A stretch of DNA of 64,000 bases from Aureliella sp. (GTDB lineage: Bacteria; Planctomycetota; Planctomycetia; Pirellulales; Pirellulaceae): the NCBI GenBank assembly GCA_963691875.1, contig OY829846.1:3456001-3520000 (forward strand), written 5' to 3'. The position numbers and the translations under genes are program-made. The notes below the pieces were generated by a model. That model was given only the letters and a program-made list of their open reading frames with translations, was not told the DNA's origin and searched no databases. Positions 57,062 to 64,000 of the stretch are shown in pieces (position 1 is the stretch's first letter; the number at the start of each line of letters is the position of its first letter).

Positions 57062-59521
57062 ATGCATAGACTGATCGCAGTTGTATTGGGCCTGGGAATG
57101 CTTGCCGCATGCGATCGTAGCAAGCCTGCTCCAAGCAAAGAGATGGTGAAAGCCACGGAGCCTGCCAAAGCTAGCAACAATGACGTGCTCGTCAGTCAGG
57201 CTCTGTCACCAAAGTCTACTATTCAAGAGTGCTTGTCGGCCTACGGTAGACTACGCAGCTACCAAGACAACGCCTACGTCGCTCTGCGTTATGACTCCAA
57301 CGGCCAGACGTATCGCGACCGTGCACCCGTTAGAATCGCCTGGGAACGTGACGGACAGATCGGATTTCAAGTCTACTCGGTTCGGGCTGGCCCAGGAGAA
57401 AACCGTTGGCGTTTGCGGATTGACCGCGAAGACCTGGCAGATCCCAATCAAGTACTCAGTCGAGCGAAGCCGAAACAAGTCGACTTTAGCTGGCTGCTGG
57501 CAGACTCTGTGGTCAGCCAGAGTCTCTCCGCAGGATTGGCTGGATTTCCGCCTCAGTTTGACTTGCTGCTTAGCGAAAAACCACTTTCTGGCTTAATCAA
57601 CGCGTCCGCGCAGCTCGCCTTTCGCAGTTCTGAGCAAATCGACGGACGTGCCTGCCATGTCATCGATGTAACTCGTCAGCGACTGACGTATCGACTCTTT
57701 ATCGACAAAGCATCCATGATGTTGCGACGTATGAAACTGCCGGCTGAAAACCTGCCGGCTGAGATACGGGACAACATTAATGTCACCAAGTTGAGCTTGT
57801 GCATCGAGTTCGAAGGCATTCAGACCAACCAAGCCGTGGACTGGGCGGAATTCGAAGTTGATACCAAGGCAAGCGACCTGATGATAAACCACTTTGTGGC
57901 AGTTCCGCCTACAACTAATGTCGATGTACTTGGCATTAAAGTACCGGCGTTCGAACTACGCGATGCTTCGGGCGCAATAGCTTTTAGAGCTCTGAGTCAA
58001 AACAGCTCAGATCAGAAGATCCGTGTCCTAGTTTGGCTGGCAGATCATCCGACTTCGGAAGTTGCAAGCGAACAGCTTCGACAAGCATGGGAGAATTGGC
58101 AGACGATTCCTGAATTCAAAGGCCGCGTTGAGCTGATTCCGATTTGGGCCGAACCGAAGCCACCGAAGGGTGAAACGTTTGCCACGCTCAAACAGCGTCA
58201 GGAGTTTGCCAGTGTCTTGGCTTTGGACAATCGAGCCTTGGGCCGCGATTTGTTTAGTATTGAAGAGGCACCAAGCGTTGTCATTCTGGACGGCCAGAAT
58301 CGAGTCCAGCGTGTCGAGTCTGGTGTCAACCCCGTGCTCGGCCAACTTCTAACCGATTCCTTGCAAAGGCTTTTGGACGGTGAAGATTTGGCGATTCAAC
58401 AGATAGCGCAGGCTCGAGATTTAAACCGGCGCTATGAAGCGGAACTCAGACGGGCTCTTACGCTAGACCGGAAACTAGATCGTCGAACGATTGCGCTCTC
58501 TCGATACTCCCCCCAGTTCTTTGATTTGAACGCACTTGAAACAGTTGAGACTGGCGGCGAAGTTGTATTGGCTGTGAACGGACCGAATCAGAGGTTGTGG
58601 GAATTGAACCGCGATGGACGCCTCACCGTGCGTGAACCTCGTTCGCCAAAAGTCGAACTAGAGTTTCACCCAGAGTGGACGTTGACGGATGACGCAGAGA
58701 TGCTCGTCGCCCCTGGAGCGAGATTCATCGCCTATGCATCGAGCGCAAAAAAGACAGTGCAGATATTTGACCTAGAGACGCAGCGAAATCAAACGGTGTC
58801 ATTGCGAATCGAAGCCCCACCAAACCAATTCACTTGGCTCGCCTTGCATGGTAGCGATGTTCCTCGATTGGCTGCGATCACTGCAAACAACGAGTTGCTT
58901 CTCTTAGATCCAGCCAACCACGAGCAACTCAGCGGACGCTGCCCGACAGCGCCTGTTGCTTTCTTGACGAAGCCTGACCAATCGGGCACGGTGCAAGGTC
59001 AAATCGTGTTGGCCGATGGAAGAATAGAGTCCTTGCGGCTCGACCCGCAATCGACACATCAAGCCCTACCGCTTCTCGGACGGAAAGCCGCCTTTAGCAG
59101 CGGGCCATCTTCTGAGGAAAAGAAGCTCGCCTTCGAACCAGACTTCGGACCCTGGGTAACATGGCGCAACGACGAGAAGGCTAGAACCCTAGCCCGAGGC
59201 TGGTTGGCTAAAGACGAGCCGGCGGTCTTCATGCTAGGCGACGACTTGCGGCCGATGTGGCACTTCCGAACGCCACTGTCACACGGTGCGGGAGCACCAA
59301 TCAGAGCCTCCGTGACACAAGATCCTGCAACAGGGCTGGCAATCTGGGCTTTCTGTGACGCGGAGCAGACAATCTACATTTTGCGAGAAGATGCTGTGGT
59401 CGACCACTTCCGCGTGAGAGATGATTTTGTGGGACTTGGGATGCATCGCTCTGGAAGCGACCTGTTGTTGAACATCGTCTTCCCGAATCGCAGCGAGACC
59501 TATTCAATAAAGTGGAAGTAA
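57062..59521 (+). CDS. Multidomain lipoprotein (LolA-like, thioredoxin-like, propeller-like)
   Basis: Lipobox GMLAA-C; EQIDGRACHVI..RLFIDKASMMLRR (LolA-like); VPAFELRD..PSVVILDGQNRVQ (TlpA-like); beta-rich C-terminus. Confidence 0.75.
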   Translation: MHRLIAVVLGLGMLAACDRSKPAPSKEMVKATEPAKASNNDVLVSQALSPKSTIQECLSAYGRLRSYQDNAYVALRYDSNGQTYRDRAPVRIAWERDGQIGFQVYSVRAGPGENRWRLRIDREDLADPNQVLSRAKPKQVDFSWLLADSVVSQSLSAGLAGFPPQFDLLLSEKPLSGLINASAQLAFRSSEQIDGRACHVIDVTRQRLTYRLFIDKASMMLRRMKLPAENLPAEIRDNINVTKLSLCIEFEGIQTNQAVDWAEFEVDTKASDLMINHFVAVPPTTNVDVLGIKVPAFELRDASGAIAFRALSQNSSDQKIRVLVWLADHPTSEVASEQLRQAWENWQTIPEFKGRVELIPIWAEPKPPKGETFATLKQRQEFASVLALDNRALGRDLFSIEEAPSVVILDGQNRVQRVESGVNPVLGQLLTDSLQRLLDGEDLAIQQIAQARDLNRRYEAELRRALTLDRKLDRRTIALSRYSPQFFDLNALETVETGGEVVLAVNGPNQRLWELNRDGRLTVREPRSPKVELEFHPEWTLTDDAEMLVAPGARFIAYASSAKKTVQIFDLETQRNQTVSLRIEAPPNQFTWLALHGSDVPRLAAITANNELLLLDPANHEQLSGRCPTAPVAFLTKPDQSGTVQGQIVLADGRIESLRLDPQSTHQALPLLGRKAAFSSGPSSEEKKLAFEPDFGPWVTWRNDEKARTLARGWLAKDEPAVFMLGDDLRPMWHFRTPLSHGAGAPIRASVTQDPATGLAIWAFCDAEQTIYILREDAVVDHFRVRDDFVGLGMHRSGSDLLLNIVFPNRSETYSIKWK

Positions 59522-59574
59522 GCCCGAAAACTTACCTCCACTTAAGTTTGAATTGATGCAGCCGAACCGAGCAA

Positions 59575-62439
59575 CTAGCGATTGCGAATGGATTCGGCTC
59601 GCAGAGCAACAGCTGCTGCTTGAGGTGAATCTGCTGGCCCAATTGCGAGAGCGAGCCATCCATCCCGAATATCCAGCTGAGAAACCGCGAGGCCTTGTGC
59701 CCGCTCGTCTTCACTCCATTGTCGGCTGATCAATGGAATCTGTGGGTTGGAAACGAAGATCTTGGAGAAGATTAAGCGTAGTGGCAAGCGATCAGATCTC
59801 CGCTGACTCAAGATTTCAACCACTCCATCCTTCACCAACTCGGCTTCAAGACCAGCTGCAATTGTCATGTAGTTGGTCTTCACCAAGCAGCGTTGGATGT
59901 GCAACTTGCGACTCGGCTGCTTGAGCTCAGCTATTCGCAGAACCAATTGCATTTTGCCCTCGATCATCTCGACAGTCGCGGGACGAGTGTCCGCGAATCG
60001 AATACTAACATCCTCAGGTACATCCTCGGGCAGCGTCCAAGTTTCCTCATCAAAGAAACCGCCAATGTGAGCATAGAGCTCCGCGATGTTCCAAGTACGA
60101 CCGCTTAGACCAAGTTGAGCAATAGCATTATTCAAAGCGCTCTGATGGAACTGCAAACTCATCAGCGAACCCGTGGGAGCCCTTGGCCGTGGAGTATGCG
60201 ATGCCATTTGCAGATTGCTGGCCACTCGGTAACGAACGGTCAATCTCTCATCGGTCGTGTGCATCGAAGCGACTGTCGGATTGAGCTTGAGACGTTGAAG
60301 TGGTCCGAGCAAGCGTTGCTCAAACAGCTGCTCTGCCTTTTGCAGATTAGAGTTCAACTGCCGATCAAGCTCTTCATCTGTTTCCTGTGCGATCATTCGC
60401 TGTGAAATGCGACGGGCTACTCCACGCTTCTGGTCAAACTGCTCACGAATAACGGCTCGTATCAGATCACCAATCACAGGCAGGCTGTCGTAGTCGGTGC
60501 TCATCTTTCGCAAGTAGTCGCGCGACGAAACATCCGTTGGCTCGCGGGACACCGAATAACCATCTCGGGCCACACGAATATGACGACTGCTATTGATTTT
60601 CGCCGTTGACGTACTGTGGAATACTGCCGGCCCGTGACTGGCTTGAGTGTTGCTGAGCATGTCACCTTCAACAGTTAGCCCAAAGTGCCAACCGGCCGAA
60701 TCTGGAATCAGTTGCAAGTGCATTTCGGTTTCGACTGCGCTGTTTCCACGCGTGTCAGCACCCAAAATACGTTTCCGAATTGGGCGAATTTCATGATGAC
60801 CACTCGGCAGGAATCGTTCAAGCAGTTCAGCAGTTACACTCAGACGCATATTTGCGTTACGGTAGTGACGACTGACCATCTGCGCTAAGAAGCGGTGCTC
60901 ATCACTACTTGAAACGGTCAACCAGTATGCCGCTTCTGCTATGTCAGTCATGTTGCGGTTGATTGGATTGGCTTCCATCTCCTCGATGTTCGCAAGCAAT
61001 TCTCGATAATCGACGTTCTGACGGTCCGCCAACGAGAGTGTTGCCGCCAAGTCCTGGAATTCTCTTCCGCTCAGCATGGCTTGCTGAGCTGGTTCTAAGT
61101 CACGCCATTGCAAGCGCTCACGAACCTTGGAGATCAACTCTGGATTCTCGACTAAGTTCGATTGAGGTAGTTGGAGCCATTGCGACAGCTCGTCGACCAT
61201 CAGGAACTGACGCCAGGCCACGCCTTCAGCCGTATCGCCTAGCTTCTGCTGAACGTTTCCTACTACCTGAAGCAAACTTTCGTTGGTGCGTTCAGGACTG
61301 CGGGCCGACGATGACAAAGCAATCGACGTCGAATCCAAACAGTTACGAACCGCAAGCCAGACATCTGCTCGGCGCTGAACACTGTAGCTAATGCGAATCA
61401 CATCGGCGGCAAGTTCATAGTCTGCCAAGGACTCAACCTGCCTCGCAATTTGGATGGCAGAGTTAGCCAACCCTTCGATCTCAATCTGGCTTTGCGGGTT
61501 TTCAAGCCCGAATTCAAATACGATTCTCTTCAGCGCCCCGCGACTCTCTGCAATCCAGCTGGTCAGCTTGCGGCGCGATGTTGCGTCCAAGCTGGAGCTC
61601 GTTGCAATACTTGGTTCAGCTACATAGCGATTGCTCGCACTATCGCGAACTGCGATACGCTGCTCGAGGCGATCAAAACTGAGCATCAACGAATCTGGTT
61701 GCGGCATCTTGGCCTTCAACACAACTGGCGCTGGTGGAGCAGCCGTCGCTGGTTTGGCAACCATGAGAGTTTTAGGCTCCGGATTGTTCGGCTCCGAAAC
61801 TTCACGCTCAGTAACGTCTTCAGAAAGACCTATCTCTTGTTTCGCTGCTTCTGCAGGCGATACTTCCGCACCGTTAAACGGAAGCGCAAGAACGGCTGAC
61901 TCTGGCTCGTCTGTTTTCGCAGTCTCGGAATCATCGATGATCGTCCGTTGTGAGCTCACCACAGCGTTCCGCCTCTCGAACGCCTTGTCCATGGACTCCA
62001 TCAAGTAGTTCAAGTCGTGACTATTCGAATGAAGCGGCAATTCGGCAAGCTGCGAATCTGCAATGGGTGCCCCCAGCGAGACATTGGCGACAGGTTCTGG
62101 TGGTTGTTGAACAAGAAGCCTCTCCTCCGAAGCCTTATTCTCAACCCGTTGAATCGAGGCTTGATCCACTGCAGGAAAGCTCTCGGTGGTCTCAGTAAGA
62201 GACGGGTTCACGGCGAGCAGGATTCCCTTCTCAGAGTCTACCACCTTCTCTTCTGCGGTCGCGTTAGACAGCTGGGCAAGGCTATCCAAAGCTTCCTTTT
62301 CCTTTGTTTCTTCTTCGAGATGAAGGGCCGTAGGGGCAGTAGGCTCCTCCAAATGTTTATCCACAACCAAAAAGGTAAGTGAAAGGATGACAGCTGCGGA
62401 AGTTGATGCCACCCATCCTCGATAACCCCGACGGCGCAT
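59575..62439 (-). CDS. Large membrane-anchored hypothetical protein
   Basis: N-terminal TM after MRRRGYR, acidic disordered linker, helical middle, long-strand beta-rich C-terminus. Confidence 0.8.
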   Translation of the reverse strand: MRRRGYRGWVASTSAAVILSLTFLVVDKHLEEPTAPTALHLEEETKEKEALDSLAQLSNATAEEKVVDSEKGILLAVNPSLTETTESFPAVDQASIQRVENKASEERLLVQQPPEPVANVSLGAPIADSQLAELPLHSNSHDLNYLMESMDKAFERRNAVVSSQRTIIDDSETAKTDEPESAVLALPFNGAEVSPAEAAKQEIGLSEDVTEREVSEPNNPEPKTLMVAKPATAAPPAPVVLKAKMPQPDSLMLSFDRLEQRIAVRDSASNRYVAEPSIATSSSLDATSRRKLTSWIAESRGALKRIVFEFGLENPQSQIEIEGLANSAIQIARQVESLADYELAADVIRISYSVQRRADVWLAVRNCLDSTSIALSSSARSPERTNESLLQVVGNVQQKLGDTAEGVAWRQFLMVDELSQWLQLPQSNLVENPELISKVRERLQWRDLEPAQQAMLSGREFQDLAATLSLADRQNVDYRELLANIEEMEANPINRNMTDIAEAAYWLTVSSSDEHRFLAQMVSRHYRNANMRLSVTAELLERFLPSGHHEIRPIRKRILGADTRGNSAVETEMHLQLIPDSAGWHFGLTVEGDMLSNTQASHGPAVFHSTSTAKINSSRHIRVARDGYSVSREPTDVSSRDYLRKMSTDYDSLPVIGDLIRAVIREQFDQKRGVARRISQRMIAQETDEELDRQLNSNLQKAEQLFEQRLLGPLQRLKLNPTVASMHTTDERLTVRYRVASNLQMASHTPRPRAPTGSLMSLQFHQSALNNAIAQLGLSGRTWNIAELYAHIGGFFDEETWTLPEDVPEDVSIRFADTRPATVEMIEGKMQLVLRIAELKQPSRKLHIQRCLVKTNYMTIAAGLEAELVKDGVVEILSQRRSDRLPLRLIFSKIFVSNPQIPLISRQWSEDERAQGLAVSQLDIRDGWLALAIGPADSPQAAAVALRAESIRNR

Positions 62440-62750
62440 TCAGCTTATCCCTAGTGAAATTGTGAGTGCTTGAAAAATGTCGTTTCGATGACGACAACCA
62501 CGAATAGAGTAGGGAACGCAGCTGCATCAACACTCAGGAAAATAACCTAGCGAACGAAGTTGATGCTGAAGCGGGGGAAGCTTCAAGCCGAAACTGCAGC
62601 TCTAGTTGATACCGCAGGATCGAATTCAGGATGCTCCAATGACTGCAACGCCCACCAAATGGGTTGATCGGTCGTCGGAGGATCGGAACCGTAACCGCTC
62701 TCTCACGGAATCCTGAGCGTCAATTACTGCGGTAGGGACGGGCAAGATAG

Positions 62751-63998
62751 CTAGACTTTGACGGCCTTTGCTTTACTAGAACATGTGGCGCGAGCAGACT
62801 TTTTGGTGGGTGATTTCCGCCGCTTTGGGCGGCTCGCCGAAGTACTCGACCTAACCTTTTGCCCCTCCTTTGCCGCTCGCGCAATGCGTGCAGGCGTAGG
62901 ACGAAACGTATTTCTCAACTCCTTGCCATTTTTCTTAAACCAGCTCGTCACTAAAGCCAAGGTCCCAGGTCGAGCAACAAAACCTGAACCAATTTGATTT
63001 TCAGCCTTCAACCACTTCTGCAATAGGCGCGTTGTCGCCTCAAGCTCCGAATCAGTCCGAGGGCTTGCCATCGCACCTTCGATCATCCCGTTACGAATCA
63101 GGTACCAGACGGTCTGATTACGTCCAGTTTCAGGATAAGAACAAACTGGATACACGAAGTTGTAATTCTCGCGTGCCCGGGCAATATCTTGAGTTCGATG
63201 ATAGAGCCAACGAACGCACTTCAAGTCTTCGCGAATCACGGCAGCTTGCTCAAAGTGGAGTTCGCGCGATGCAGAATCCATTTGCGACTCTAACTCTTGC
63301 ACGGGCCAATCGTTTTGGCCAGAAAGAAACTCACGAGCAAGAGCCACTTGTTGATCATAGTCGCGACGCGAACATGCCGAAATGCACGGTCCAAGACAAG
63401 AGTCGATCTCCAAGCGAATACAGCCAGGCCGCAGTTCTATATCAAACAGTTGCATTTGATCGGTAAAACTGCAAGGCTGGCTGCTATTGCAATCGCGCAA
63501 TCGATACAAACGATTCAAAACCTCGACAGCACGATTCGCGCGACCAGCGCCTTGTAGCGGCCCCAAGACAAAGTCGGCTTTCGGATCTCGTTTCTTAGCC
63601 GTATAGAACTGCTCAGCCGGTTGATGACCGAGGCAAACATGAATTGACTGTTGGCGACGCGGAATTCCTTGCACATTGAAGCGAGGTTGGAAGTGGCGAA
63701 TCAAAAACTGCTCGCGCACCAAGGCCGCAAAGTCACTCGGCTGCGGCTCCCACACGATCGTCTGGGTGGATTGAACAATGCGCCCCGACTTGTCTTCTTC
63801 GTTGTTCGGCAGGAAGTAACTCAGCAAGCGATTCCGTAAGCACTTTGACTTGCCGACATAAACTAGGCGACCATACGGGTTGAGCATACCGTAGACACCT
63901 GGCTCCTTCGGCGCGTACTTGCGTACCTGAACGCGAAGTTCGCTTGTCTCCTCCGCTTCAATGGATCGCAATCCGGCTGGCCTGAATGGCAGCAGCAA
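62751..63998 (-). CDS. GIY-YIG excinuclease, UvrC N-terminal/Cho-like (start uncertain, at window edge)
   Basis: PGVYGM..VYVGKSKCLRNRLLSYF, PRFN, Cys cluster RDC..GC..CLGPC, UVR domain MDSASRELHFEQAAVIRE; no RNase H-like or HhH C-terminus. Confidence 0.88.
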   Translation of the reverse strand: MLLPFRPAGLRSIEAEETSELRVQVRKYAPKEPGVYGMLNPYGRLVYVGKSKCLRNRLLSYFLPNNEEDKSGRIVQSTQTIVWEPQPSDFAALVREQFLIRHFQPRFNVQGIPRRQQSIHVCLGHQPAEQFYTAKKRDPKADFVLGPLQGAGRANRAVEVLNRLYRLRDCNSSQPCSFTDQMQLFDIELRPGCIRLEIDSCLGPCISACSRRDYDQQVALAREFLSGQNDWPVQELESQMDSASRELHFEQAAVIREDLKCVRWLYHRTQDIARARENYNFVYPVCSYPETGRNQTVWYLIRNGMIEGAMASPRTDSELEATTRLLQKWLKAENQIGSGFVARPGTLALVTSWFKKNGKELRNTFRPTPARIARAAKEGQKVRSSTSASRPKRRKSPTKKSARATCSSKAKAVKV

Positions 63999-64000
63999 AT

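Noticed and set aside
1..64000. Mobile elements, prophage, defence systems, tRNA or rRNA genes
   Set aside because: No transposase, integrase, phage structural or defence motifs in the ORFs, and no tRNA T-arm/cloverleaf or rRNA signature seen by eye. tRNAscan-SE, Infernal and DefenseFinder would be needed to exclude them formally.

Overview
Gene-dense 64 kb window, most likely from a planctomycete (Pirellulaceae-like). That call rests on family content: a PSD1/planctomycete cytochrome c protein, a YdjY-type protein, a PQQ-like beta-propeller, a prenyltransferase-repeat membrane protein, a sulfatase and a fused SecDF with a long insertion. About 36 intact CDSs are supported. They include recJ, a sialidase-sulfatase pair, a tandem ModA, a two-gene (split) Omp85/BamA, PhoD, an ECF sigma/anti-sigma pair, yajC-secDF, bioF, cysK, cdd, trmL, an Lrp regulator, an RND pump, yggS, a LarA-like protein and a Cho/UvrC-like nuclease. 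I saw no rRNA, tRNA, CRISPR array, transposase, integrase or prophage. Most notable observations: (1) an unannotated, strand-specific structured RNA candidate at about 6165-6320 with its own extended -10 promoter; (2) an Omp85 apparently split inside its last POTRA domain into a secreted POTRA protein and a lipoprotein barrel; (3) a lipoprotein with four CxxCGxxxG(S/T)xxCC modules, divergent from an orphan tandem ModA; (4) a DUF5685-like/Cys-rich/NfeD-OB fusion; (5) two membrane-protein pseudogenes, each with one frameshift and one in-frame TAG. All family calls come from motif recognition by eye, not database searches.
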